From the NCBI RefSeq assembly GCF_001194135.2, contig NC_069000.1, forward strand, positions 15,810,412 through 15,874,411: a DNA stretch of 64,000 bases, written 5' to 3'. The notes beneath the pieces were generated by a model. That model was not told the DNA's origin, made no database searches, and saw only the letters and a list, made by a program, of their open reading frames with translations. The position numbers were made by a program, and so were the translations under genes. Shown one piece after another: positions 38,115 to 51,488 of this stretch. The stretch's first letter is position 1. Every line of letters begins with the position of its first letter. This DNA comes from Octopus bimaculoides. Its lineage: Eukaryota.

Positions 38115-39419
38115 GCTTATGTACTGAAAATTGAGCAAGTTCAAGCTACGATCTTATGTAGCTGTGTTGTCACTTATTTCCGTTTGTTTACGTTTGTTTA
38201 TACACAAACTTATGAACAACGTTTAACGATAACTCTCCTGCATAAAATTTGAATGTTGTATAAGTTTATTCTTCTCATACAACATTAAAAAAAAGTCATT
38301 ACTCTAATCATATCTAGTGAGGGGAAAGTTTGTTTACGCATGTATATGATGAAAGCATGTGTAATCTTGAAAATTACTTTCAACTCTTAAGTCATTGGTA
38401 TTTCGTAATGAGATTAAATAACTACAGTAATTGACCTAGAAAAAGGTAATTTTTATGGTCATCAATGTTGTTGCAACATTTAATGAACACGTCACAATGT
38501 GCAGATGAGAACTTTGAAAGAGTCGGTGCAGAGTGAATCCGAACTTGCTTTTCCGGTTCCTGCATCAGACAATTTTTTTCTTTTGTTTTTGTTTGTGTTT
38601 CTTTTTACTAGGCCATGCTAACATTCTAGTACAAGAAGAAAAAAAACTGGTTGAAAAGACTTAAGAACGCATGCAAAATGCATGCATACAAATGCACAGA
38701 CACATACATATGTGAATTCGAGCGTTCTTTTTGTTTGCGTGTGTGTGTGTGTGTCAGTCTGCATGGGTATACACACATGTATGTATGTATGCATGCATGC
38801 ATGTGTGTATGCATATATATATGTATATGTGTGTGTACATTTATATGTATGTATTCTGCATATTTCATGTGTTTGTGTGTGCATATTTGAATGTGTCTAT
38901 GTGTATGGGTTTGAGTGACTGTATATGCATCTGTTATGTAATGCTGTGTCTCTATATGTGTCCTTGTGTGTGAAGTGTGTGTATATGGTCGTGTTTCAGT
39001 CTTCTTTTGTGTATGTATGTGTGTGTGTATTTGTCTATCCGTATTACCTATGTATCTGCTTATCTATCTGTTTACTTACATATCCATTTACCTACTTATA
39101 TATGATACACACACACACACATATATATATGTATATATATATATATATATACGTCTACATAACTTGTGTGTCAGGTCGCTCTTGAGCGCTGCTGGTAACA
39201 TGTAACTCAGTACAACCTGTTGCATGTTCAGGTCGTCGGCGACTAAATTGGCAACCCCACCAAGCTTGCTAGGTGATGAGGGTGATTGTTTGATACCTTG
39301 CAGGACGAAAAATAAAACCCGTCAAAAATGGGCGGAGGAACTTATGAAAAGTCAACGGCCATCCAACAATATGTATATATGTGTATACTGTTTTATCTTA
39401 TTTTATTTATAGTTAAAAT

Positions 39420-40983
39420 TTGATGTATTTAATGTCATATATTAGGTGGAAGATGCGGCTCCTTAACCGTGGTAAAGGCATCCCATGTAGGAAGAGGGAA
39501 ACTGATGTAAAACCAAGTCTTTGCTGAGGATCTCTTTAACAGGGCTGTACTATCAGTAAACTCTGACTCATAAGGTAGACTAGGCTCTCCAGCTTGTTTA
39601 TAGCGGCTAGTCTAGGAGATGGAAACCTCTGAAGAAAAAGCCTGAGGTGTGTTGTTCTTGGGTATTGTGGCATATATGTGCACCATATTCTTGCTATCAT
39701 CACTTCCAAAACTGTGACTGCTTCTACACAAGCCTTCAACACTCAAATCAAATCATGTGTGTGGGTTTTCTGACAACTTACAGTAATTCATTCAATACTG
39801 CATAGCCCCAGCTTGCAAAAACAAAAAGGCCTCTGGCGAGAGAGTGAAAGCAGCAGGACAGGTAAAGGATATTGCTGGATCTCTACACAGTCGGCGACCA
39901 TTGGGTGATGGCCGTTCCAGCACAGAACTTGTGAGTAACTGTACTGTCCGTGACCTCCAGTGGTGACAAAGCAGGTCTATTTAGAAACAGCGCTGCTTTC
40001 CTCAACAGCGGGAGGGGCGAGAAAAGGAGCCCTAAAACATTGCCTACTCACCTTAAACTTGGCAGCCCGCTGCAGTTGTCTGGTTATTCAGTAACACAGT
40101 CGAAACATGAAGTAATCTAAGAATATTAATCTTGGCTCTTGGAATGCACAAACAGCACTGGTTGCCCTTGAACTAAAGAAATACATCATTGACATAGCTG
40201 CACTCAGTGAAACTCGCCTTGCAGGATCATCAGAGTCAGAAGAAAGTGAAGGTGGATACATATGTTTCTGGTGTGGAAAAAATGAGGACGACTGATCTTG
40301 CCATCATGACAGAAATAGCTAGATCCCTTCTTTCTCTACCCGAAGGTATTTCTAATCGCATCAAGACACTAACGTTGGAAATTGGTCACAATACTCGTGG
40401 TACGTTTGTCAATTGTTGTGTTCCAACTATGGCCACCAACTCCGCGATGTCATCTCCAGTTGTAACCATAGGTATAAATTTATCCTTATAGGCGACTTTA
40501 ACGCTCGTGTTGGTACTGATTGTCAGGCTTGGGAGAGTGTGCTTGGCCGCCATAGTGTAGGTTGAATGAACTCCAGCGGTCTGCATGTGCTCTCCATCTG
40601 CGAGGAATTCAGTCTAAGCATCACAAATACCTTTTTTTCAACAGCGAAATTGTTGCAAGACGATCTGGATGCATCCTAGATCTAAGGATTGGTATCTCAT
40701 AGACTATGTTATCACTAAGAAGCGAGATATTAGGGACGTTAACATTACACGTTCCTTTCATAACACCTGCTATCTCTCTCACCATTCTCTTCTCCGTAGT
40801 AAGGCTACGTTGCATCTGAAACACACAAGACTACAAAAGGCGTCAGTGCCTAAGCGCATTAACGTTCTGCCTTTGAAAACTGCTGAAAAGCAAGCGGAAT
40901 TCTCTATCAAGTTGGACACTGTACTCAACACTGTTGATATTAGTGATGATATAAAGTCATCTTGGAAGGCTTGTGTGAAGTAG
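39420..40983 (+). mobile_element. RTE LINE 5' portion (UTR plus AP endonuclease), degraded
   Basis: LGSWN...IDIAALSETRLAG...GDFNARVG...ITNTFFQ...WMHPRSKDWYLIDYVITKKRD. Confidence 0.85.
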
Positions 40984-41089
40984 GGGGAAAAGAAAGCATT
41001 CACACGAGACACTGTGGTTTCTGTTACACGAGGTTAAATGGTTCACAGTTAACTGCTTACTCCAAACTTCTGATAGTTCTTTATTTTAT

Positions 41090-41860
41090 AGTAATATGTC
41101 AGTCCACTTCTAGTCACTTGGAGATGGTCGGAATCCTTCCACAAATGTGGCCTAAACAAAGCTCGCCTCCAGCGCATCCTGTTGGCAAGCTACAGTCAAC
41201 GAGCATCTTTTCATGTGGTCGAACAACCTCAAGGAAGTAAAGGTACGCATCCATATGCAAGGGTATAAAAGGATTGAAAATTGCATGCTGGAATGTCAGG
41301 ACCATACTAAACACAGCCGACAACAGCCGTCCAGTACGTTGCTCTAATTTAATTACACATGAACTGGTAAGACTGTATGTTGACATCACAGTTCTCAACA
41401 AAGTCCAATATCCAGAAGGCAGAATACAAGAGCATGACGCCGGATGCATTCTCTACTAGTCAAATAAACCAGTAGCGGAAAGATGCTTTTCAGGTTTTCA
41501 GGCGTGGACTTCTTGATCAGAAATTCTATCATTTCCAAGCTTGAAAACCTACCAACAGATCGTTCTGACTGCATCACCACTGTGTACCTCCTACGGAGTA
41601 ATCAACAATATGCCACACTCTTCAGTGTGTATTCCCCAAATTTTCAAGTAGATCCAGCAGAAAAAGACAAGTTTTACTCTGAACTGCACAGTCTTCTACA
41701 AGGCAGCCCTGCAGACGACAAGGTCATGATCGTTGGTGATTTCAATGCCAGAGTTGGCCAAGTTCTGTAGCTTGGAAAGAAGTACTTGGAAGACATGGTG
41801 TTGGTAACCTGAATGACAACTGGTATTTGTTGTTGTAGTTCTGCACAGATTTTCAACTCA
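41090..41860 (+). mobile_element. Second RTE LINE AP-endonuclease fragment
   Basis: MKIACWNVRTILNTADNSRP...YATLFSVYSP...KDKFYSEL...DKVMIVGDFNARVG. Confidence 0.88.
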
Positions 41861-41861
41861 T

Positions 41862-43180
41862 TGTAGTGAGACCAGTTTGTATTATTGCATATTTAAGAAC
41901 ATTAAGTTTGGTCTATATAAGCTCACCACACTAATTTGTTGTGGTTGGTTAAAATACCTATCATATGGGTTATTTGACATTTATTGAGCCATGTGTTGTG
42001 ATTAGTTGAGTGTTGCGCAGGAATTGGATCGAAGGTCCAATCACGTTGCGCATAATATATTTCAAATGGCTAACCATGTATATGTTCCTATTCGTTACTT
42101 CAAAGGAGCAGACGATAAGTGACTTTGGTCAGTGTAGAGGGAGAGTACGTAGTTGATGGTTTAGATAGTCATGGTCTTTACTTGTCTTACTAACTATACT
42201 GCTACACCAGAGTGGGCATTATAACAATCTGACTTTGAGGATTACAACAATGGCAATGAGGGTTATAAGGAATTAACAAACTCAAGTTGTATTTTTTTGT
42301 GCAAATTTTATGGAAGAAAAAAAAGGTAAAATTAGGGAAAATTTGTTGGCTGGTTTGCTTGAGTTGAAAAAACAGCAACAACAACTGAAAGAACAAAACA
42401 GCAGCAGCTACAACTTCAAGAACAACAGCAGAAGCAACGACAATTACTATTACAGCAACAAATGCTGCAATTAAGGGAGAGTAAGTCATCAGGAAATGCT
42501 GAGAAAATGTCCTTGCTAGATTATATTGCAAACTCGATAACAGAGTTTAAGTATGAACCAGATGAAGGGGTTACCTTTGAGGCGTACTATAGAACAGGGG
42601 TTTTCAAACTGTGGTCCGCAAGGACAAGACAGGGGGTCCGTAGACAGCAAATACTTTTTATGGGCAATTTGATTTTATATATGTTTTTTTTAATCGAAAT
42701 CTTTTAATTGACAATAAACCTATTTGTTAAATACTGTTAAATAAATAAATGTAAAAATATATGTTATTTTAAGCAAATATTTATGTATAAATTTCATAAG
42801 CGCTTATAAGGGGGTCCCTAAGGTAAAGCCTGAAATATAAAGGGGCCCGCAAGTCAAAAAGTTTGAAAACCCCTGCTATAGAAGATACAAACAAATCTTC
42901 AATAAAAAGAGCAAAGATTGGGATGATGATATGAAAATATGTTTAATCTTGAGAAAACTGGCAGCAGGAGAACATGAACATTACAGCAATTATGCTCCTG
43001 AAAAAACCTTCTGACATAAACTTTAAAAGATACAATAATCATATTGTGTAAAATTTTTATTGAGGGAAGCTTATTGTTCAATATACATTGGAAATGTTTG
43101 TGCCTAGAAAAGAACAACAAGGATGACTACATCACATATGCTTGCAGAGTTAACAGGGAATATGAAAAGTTCACATGTAT
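41862..43180 (+). mobile_element. Ty3/gypsy LTR-retrotransposon remnant (putative 5' LTR about 41862-42249 plus gag)
   Basis: TGT...ACA segment followed by a PBS-like tggcaatgagg. Gag-like NSITEFKYEPDEGVTFEAYYR|RYKQIF...KICLILRKLAAGEHEHYSNY is interrupted by a MITE. Confidence 0.7.
42595..42875. mobile_element. hAT MITE inserted in the gypsy gag
   Basis: Perfect 16-bp TIR caggggttttcaaact; perfect 8-bp TSD ctatagaa at 42587-42594 and 42876-42883. Confidence 0.92.
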
Positions 43181-43189
43181 AAATATATA

Positions 43190-45000
43190 AATTTCTACCA
43201 GATCAGTTACCCAGGCAGAGTCAGTCAATCCCATTGTTCTGTCGAACATGTCCAGCCTATCCTTTCTCAACCAGTACTTTCCTTCAAATTTAATAACTGA
43301 CTTTCTAGCAGCTAATATTACATATACTTCTTCTTGAATTAGCTCAGAGTTTTCATTGAATATTTAAATGCTTTGTTGAGGAGGATGGAGTTAACAGAGG
43401 CATAGAAGCTGGATATATCCAACTGTATGAATTTAATTTTCTTTGCTATAATACTGTCAAACCAATCGATTACCTCATACGAACTGGACCAGAGATTTAG
43501 TTTTATCATGTTCCTAAGTGTAGGTATATATTTATCAATAATGTGTTTGCTTATTCTACCTAAGTCAAACTTCGAAGGGCATATTAGCCTAATAGATGGG
43601 TTAGTGTTAACTAACAAAAAACTAACTCCACTCAGTTCTTTGAGACTGGTCAAAGCTTCTTGAGACCCCGAAGAAGCTGAACTGATAATAGTGACAGGTT
43701 GCATCTGCAACTGTTAGTAGTCCAGGCAGTAGAAACATGTGTAGGTTATTGTGATATGTTGTATAAAATTGTAAAATAAGAGAAAATAAATTTTGAGGAT
43801 GAACAAGTCTCCATACTCTTTATAATTATTGCACCAGCATGACCGCAGCCACTTGGCTGAAACACATACATAAATACATAAATACATAAATAAATATATA
43901 TATATATATATAATTTTAGAGAAAAGAACCAAAGTTCATGAACTCATCCATGAAAATCCACAGTCACATATAGAAAACATTAATAAATGCACGATAAATA
44001 AGTATAATAAAATACAAAGTAAAAATCATAAAATAATGATAATAAAACGACTACACGTGTTTCATAACCAAGTTTTCAAATAGAAAATAAAATATATTCA
44101 AATCGATTAAATCGATCGAAAATCAATTCTGTTCAAAAATATAGCTAATCTTGAGGTCAAAATAAAACAATTATAATAATAAAAGGAATGTATATATCAA
44201 CCAACAATAAATAACAAATGAATGTATATAAAAATACTTATTACATTAAGACAGAAAATGTTAAACAATAATATTAAAAAGAAATTTAATACTGATCATA
44301 TCAAAATTTATAAACGTGACATTATTAATTTTACGTTTATTAGAATATAAACTAACAGAAATATTAAATGCAAATCTTATCTTAACGAATTTTTCATTTA
44401 AAATACAATTTAAACGAAGTTTAGGTTAAACTAAAATTATAAACGTAAAATAAATAACTTTAATTTTAATATAAATTAACAAAAAATTAACTTATATAAA
44501 TTAATTTATATAAAAATAATTATATCACCATTAAATAAAAGAAAAAAAAAAAGAAAATACCTTTAACAAAATTATTGAAAAGAAATACAAAATTTATCTA
44601 ATCGAATCTTTAGTTTGAATAAAATTTTATATGTTGTACTATTAACTTAACCTTAATTATAATATTAACTAATAATCAAAGAAATTATATAAAAAAAACT
44701 ACTTATTTATCCCATAAATCAAAAAGAAATATTAAACATTATTGGAGAAAATGCAACACTAATTTAATCGAAGTTTTGGTTTAAACTAAAATGATAAACT
44801 TTATACTATTAACTTAGTTTTAAATAAGGTATCGGCTAACATTAAAATATCCATTGAATTAATATAAAAATACATATTTTTCCAATCAATGATAGAAAAT
44901 CATTTAACAATATTAACGAAGATAAAAGCAATACTTATCTCAATGATGCTAGAGTTTAAACTAAAAATTATAGATGTTAAACTAATAACTAAGTGTTTAT
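43190..45000 (-). mobile_element. Penelope-like element remnant (RT fragment 43190-43700 plus AT-rich terminal region)
   Basis: NPSIRLICPSKFDLGRISKHIID...KLNLWSSSYEVIDWF...IKFIQLDISSFYASV resembles PLE RT. Outer boundaries are approximate. Confidence 0.7.
44048..44159 (-). ncRNA. Degenerate type-I hammerhead ribozyme-like motif in the Penelope-like element
   Basis: Minus strand: UGAC-CUCAAGA-(long stem II)-GAAAC-ACGU-GUA-GUCG. The CUGANGA box carries G5>C. Confidence 0.45.
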
Positions 45001-45060
45001 TAGAGACATAAACACATACACACACATGTATATATACTCACATATATATATATATATACA

Positions 45061-45193
45061 TACTTGTGTATATAAGATTGACCAGTGACCGGTCTGTCAA
45101 AATGCTAGAAGAAGCTCACTTAAAAATTTTTTAAGTGAGCTTCTTCTAGCATTTTGACAGACTGATCACTGGTCAATGTTATATACACAAGTA
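45061..45193. repeat. Near-perfect palindrome, 66-bp arms, about 1-nt loop
   Basis: Arm 45061-45126 versus the reverse complement of 45128-45193: 63 of 66 positions identical by manual alignment. Confidence 0.95.
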
Positions 45194-45419
45194 CTATAAT
45201 CTTTTTAGGATGTCCAAAAAATTTTTTTCAAGAGCCTTCTGATTCTTTTAATGTGCTAGTTTCCTGGTATTAAATTGATATTAATTAATATCGAATTTTT
45301 ACCATATTATGTTAATTATATACATATGTAGATACTTATACAAAAACATGTTTGTTAATTCTGTTAATTGACAAGGTAGAAAGTGGGTGGAAAAGCTGAG
45401 AGATGAAGCAAGGAGCTGA

Positions 45420-45622
45420 TCAATGTATGATAATCTTTTTCATAATATGTTTCCTACACATATGACAGTCATCAAGTACTTCACCACATTTTTTACAAGT
45501 GGTATGGCCACAATCAAAGACCATATCCCGACGACGCTCCATACATATTAGGCACATTTCATCACTGAGTTGTTTGTTGTTGAACTCCTGAGGTGAATTT
45601 ACGGTTTTAAATTCAGACCCAT
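45420..45622 (-). CDS. MIB2-like terminal exon: RING 2 (CLICMERRRDMVFDCGHTTCKKCGEVLDDCHMCRKHIMKKIIIH*)
   Basis: tttcag acceptor, phase 1; Mind-bomb-type C-terminal RING; TGA at 45422-45420. Confidence 0.92.
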
Positions 45623-48600
45623 CTGAAATGATAAATATACAAATTTTACATTATGATATTAATCAGAGGCACATCTAAAGTAATAAATATTCTATTATAA
45701 CACGGTATAATATTAATTTGTAACCCATCTGAATTGATAAATAAACAATTTTATGCGAGTATATTTAGTTAAAAAATTAAGAAAATGGGTAATTTGAGAG
45801 AAAATTGCAGTTAAGAAATTCTCGTCTTCCTCATCACCATTTGACGTCCACTTTCCATGCTGGCATGGGTTGGACAGTTTGACATGGAGTTGGCTAGCAG
45901 GAAGCTGTCCGGATTCCAACTGTCTGTTGTGGCATGGTTTCTATGGCTGGAATCCCTTCCTCATACCAACCACACTTAAAAGAGTGTACTGGGTGCTTTT
46001 TACATGCCACCAGTATGGGTGCAAGTATACAGCACTAACACGGGTGCATTAACATGGCACTGGCACAGGGGCATTAACACAGCACTGGGCACAGGTGCTT
46101 TTAAGTAACACTGGCACCTAAAAGGACAAGCCTGTATGTGTGGGAGACAGCAATTTTGCTTAGCTTGACGTATCTCATCAAGTACAGCAAATCACCACAT
46201 CTCCCAGTTCCTTGTCATTTTCTCAGTGAGGTCCAACATCCGAACATCCTTTCTCACCATTCTGTCCCACATCTTCCTGGGTCCACCCCTTCCACAAGTA
46301 CCCTCCACAATTAGAGCTCAGCACTTCTTTATGCAGCTGTCCTCATCCATATGCATCACATAACCAAACCAGCACAGTCTTCTCTCTTGCACAGATTGCT
46401 TCTGGTTCAATTCTGCCAACTTTCAGATTTTAAGTAGTCTAAATTAAAGCTTTCTTCCATCAAAATTTCATCTTAATTTATATATAATTAATAACACTTA
46501 CTACTCCAAGAACAAGGCCTGAAATTTTGTGGGACAGGGCTAATTGCTGAAGTGGTAAATAATTTATCAATCCTGAAAGGACGAAAGACAAAATTGACCT
46601 CAATGGAATTTGAACTCAGAACATAAAAACAGAAGAAATGCCACTAAGCATTTTGTCCAGTGTGCTAAAGATTTTGCCAGCTTGCTGCCTTAAACATCAA
46701 CTTAATAATGACAAAGTGATTTTACTAAATACTTCATTACTTTCAAAATTTACTGAAACAGAGGCATTGTATTTCAACAGAAGCGTTGTAACAAAAGGAT
46801 TAAAAATGACATACATTATACATGTGAAATTCTGATAAGAACATAATCAACTAAGTTTATTACTCTTCCTGTTAGCAAAATCCAGAGAAATGATTGGATA
46901 TGAAATATCCCACTTTGAATCAAAACAAATGCATCAATCAACATCATCTAATGAGACAGACAAACCATCAAATATCTACTTACCAAACCTAGTTTTGCTA
47001 ATCACAGTCTGTTTGCATCGATTACATTTTTTAATCTCTATCTTAGAGCAACATTCTTCACATACTATCCTATGTCTGCAGGGGTGGAATTTTATAGAGA
47101 CCAGATTATCTCCACATATAAAACACTCATACCTGTAAAAGAAACACACATAGACTCACCAATAAAATCATCTGACAAATATTTCATTAAATGTAAATGT
47201 AGAAAGAATATTTTTTATAATGTTAGCATTATGCTATCATTTGAAGAGAAAATTTTTTAATATTATTAACCCTTTGGAGACATAGCTATCTGATGCACAT
47301 TTTAAAACAAGACAGAATTATAAGATACAAAAACAATATCTGAATCTAATAAACCCAGAAAAATGTATATATTCTCAAATATATTGGTTCCTTTTCTTTA
47401 CAGTGCAAAACAACAGATTGACAGATCAGCCTAGTAATGGTGTTAAGAAATATTTTCTTTCAAAACACACATGCACACATGTTCACACAGAGTTAATTAT
47501 CCATGTGCAACTAAAAATAAAACATGGAGATCATATGAATATGAAGAGATTCTACAGTAATAATCCATTAAAATAATGAAACAGCTTGATCACTTAATAA
47601 TCCTAGCTTAAACCCGGGCAACGCTGGGCTATACTGCTAGTAAAATATAAATTACAAAGCAACTTGTTTGTGTATTTAGCAATCATTAGGGAATACTTAC
47701 AATTTTGCAAGATATAGTTCCAGTCTGTTTTTCAAATCCGAATTGTTAATGATGTCAAGTGGTGTGGTGTTGTTTTTGTTTTTATGATAGAAGTTTGCTC
47801 CTTGTTTTGCCAGATATACAGCTACAACTATACTGGATAATCTGTTTTCTTTGAGCTGATAGGAAATCTATAAATGATGAAATATATATTTATGTATACA
47901 AAGGAACAGCATGCTACCATGAAATTCTGTTTCCTGTTGGGGAAAACAGCAGCTGAATCGGTTATCATGTTTCAAACAGCTTACAAGGATGCTGCCTTGA
48001 GCAAAACACAAGTTTACAAGTGGTTTTCCCACTTTAGGAGTGGTCATTTGTTGCTTGAAGACCAACCCCATTCAGGGTGACCACAAACCTCTGAAATGAA
48101 TGGAAACATCACAAAAATTCATGAACTGATCTTGGAGGACCATTACCAAACAATTGATGAACTTGATATGACTGGTGTATCCTGAAGCTACTGCCAACAA
48201 ATTTTGAGCAAGGAATTGTGAATGAAATGAGTTACAGCAAAATTTGTGCTTCACTTGCTCACTGTTATAAGATACAAATATTGAAAACAGATTTCCAAAA
48301 GATAATTTTGAGTAAAGTAAACAGTTACAATATTACTGACAAATATAAAATGTCAGTATTGAAAACAAACATTAAATAATGATGATGGCAATGATGCCTG
48401 GATAGATTAGTGTTATATTGGCTATACATCATCATCATCATCATCATCGTTTAACGTCCGCTTTCCATGCTAGCATGGGTTGGACGATACAATTTAACTA
48501 AAACACATTTATACAACTGCCTTGATAAAATCAACTACCATAACAAGGGAAATAGTTAAGGAACTGTATTGTATATGAAATACAACAAAATGATGACAAA

Positions 48601-51436
48601 AGATTACTAAAAGAGAATACATTCAAAACTAAATACCCATAACATACGAACTTCCCCCAAGTTCCAGGTCTTCCCACTCAACCTTTGTTCAGTGAAGTTG
48701 TTTAGATCTAAACTTGATTGGTGGCGTTACTTACTCTCCTATAATGTTGCTACAAATTTTGATGTAAACGTTTTCTACTGGATCAAATCTCAATATTTTT
48801 ATGTAAAATATAGCTAGGGACCAGTCCTCTTCAAAAATGTTAGCAGTTTTCCATTTGGTTAAGAACTGAATTAGCGGCAAGCTCTGAAAGATGCTGCATG
48901 AGAGTAAATTGCGGCCTTAAGAATATTATTCAACTACTACTGTAGTTGAATGATATGTCTCACATAAAAAAAAAAATTAAAAAAATTCTGAAACTTACCT
49001 CATCTAAAATTTCAAGATGTTCACTTTCAGAGTGAAACATTTTCTCCCTCAATGCAACATGCAAACAATTGTCACCATCTTTATTTATAGCGTCGACATC
49101 TGCTCCTTTTAATAATAACATCTGAGTGATTCCAAGGTTACCCTTAGAAATGGCCTGGAGGAATGGTGTCTGATTATGAGTGTTACAAATATCAAATTTC
49201 ACTTCAGCCTTTGTGGAAATGAAAATAAAAAGTAAAAAATATCAATGTATCATGAGTGTTTTTACTGGATATTTGATCAGACTGTTACTGTGGATTTGAT
49301 GTGGTCAATAAAACAAACCATTCATAGGTTCCTCTGTAAGATGGTATGGATGTACATTAGAGACATGATAAATCTATGAAAATGACAAAAACAGGTTGTT
49401 TCAGGACAATCTACTTTTATCCCTTGCTATATACCTAACTCACAGTAAGTTATAGACTATTTGAGCTAGAAAGAACACTTAATTAACAGATGAAATCCAT
49501 TGAAGAAGAATCATATGTCCAATGTATACTTTTGATGTTGCTATATCACTAAATGGTCCATAAAATTGCTGTGTTGGTTAGAGTCAATGTTAAAATGATA
49601 TCTACTTGGATGTTATATATTCGACTGTTTAATACATTTAATATATAAATTTGCGTGTTTAATATACATTGAACCGCAAAAGAAATGCGAGACATGTGTA
49701 ACTGTGAAATATGCTTTAATTTCATTATGTCAGAGATAAATTTTGATAAACCTGATAAAGTCAATTTCTTGGATGCACTTAGACCATAGACTATGGGTTG
49801 TTGTCATGTGTTCTGGTAGTGCGCGGTTCACAAAAGCCATTGGCACCTGTACCCACACCCTGAGGAAAGCTGCCTCCAGTTCTGCACGAGTTGTTGGCAT
49901 TGGGAATACCTGGTTCAGCCATCTCTGGATTTCATCTCACAGGTGTTCAACTGGGTTCAAATCTGGGCTGAGAGCTGACCTTGACATGGTTCAGATGTTG
50001 TAGTGATGTAGGAAGTCCATGGTGACCCTGACTGTGTGGGAGGGAGCATTGTCCTGCTGGAACACGTGGCTATGGTAACATGCAAAGAAGGGCATGATGT
50101 GAGGTCTTAGGATGTGGTCAACGTAGTGCTGTGCTGTGATGCCATTCCCTCTGTCTGCACCAACATTTTGGAACAGTTCTCTGATTTAGGCCTATAGTAC
50201 CCCAAACCATGATGTTTTGGCCACCCTGAATCTCCCTCCATGACACATGCATCTCTGCAGCATTCACTCCTCCTATACCACACCCTCACTCTGCCGTCCG
50301 AGGTGGAAATGCAGTATCAGCTCTCGTCAGAGAAGACTATCAACCTCCATTGTTGATGCCACCAATGTTGGTGCTGTGTAGCCCACTGTAGTTGTGCCTG
50401 ATGGTGTCGGGCGGTGAGGACAGGCCCTTGAGCAGGTTGACGGCAACACAGGTTGTTGGTAACCAGCCAACGTCATACCACGTCATTACTGATGGGTCGC
50501 TGTCAAGTGCCAATGGTCTTGCGAGCTGTCATGCTGGCCAGTCTGAAGAGATCATGGAGATGTTGCAGGTGGATGAAGCGGTTCTGCCTGGGTGTGTTCA
50601 CCTGGGGGCGCCCTCTGCTGGCACGGTATGCAGTGCTATTGGTGTTGTATCGCTGTTGCAGGCAATAGATGGTACTGACATGAACATTGTAAGTTTTTGC
50701 AACAACTAGGGCACGCTGCCCTGCTTGCAATCAGCCCATAACTTGTTCTCTCTGTGCTGCTGACAATAGGGTCATACCTGATGCGTCCAAATTACGAATG
50801 CCAGGAACATGGTTCAAGTTGATTTCTATACCCATAACCTTCACAAGATGCACGTGCATTTCGGTTTTCATGATAATTATTTGTGACTGCCACCCATGGC
50901 ATTCAACATATCTGCGTTTTGGCATCTCATTTCAGGGATAGTTGAAAGGTTACCTGCAATTTGGGTCTCAGCCATAAAGCAGCATGTCTTGGAATATTTA
51001 CACTTACATCCCAAGAAATAAATTTTCAGAATCTTCTATATAAAAATGCAATTTTTTCAAATTTCATTTCTTTTGCAGTTCAGTGTATAGGAGTGTTAAT
51101 ATATTTGATATATATTGCTGTGTTAATACATTTAAAAAAAGTGTGATTAATATTTCTGATATACACTAACACAAAATAATGTAATACATTTTCATTAATT
51201 TGAAAGAGATCTTGTATATGTGTTGTATCATGAGACCATTAACGATGGAACTGTTGACATGATTAGTATTTTGACTGGCTATTGTCGCCACCACCAACAC
51301 ACTCAACATGACTGCTATCATCATCATCATCATCATCAGTGTCATGATCATCATATTCCTCTAAAGACACAAGACTTAACATTTTAGTAGGTGGTGTATA
51401 GTCAATGAAATCAACCCCAGTATTTCACTGGTACTC

Positions 51437-51488
<52 letters not shown>

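Noticed and set aside
39850-40100. HDV-like ribozyme in the RTE 5' UTR (expected for some RTE clades)
   Set aside because: Only a small cgctg/cagcg hairpin was found; I could not build the nested double pseudoknot by eye. An RNArobo/Infernal search would settle it.
46815-46869. Alternative terminal exon after RING 1 (ctaacag|GRVINLVDYVLIRISHV*)
   Set aside because: Acceptor is plausible but the peptide has no support, and the RING 2 exon at 45622 fits far better.
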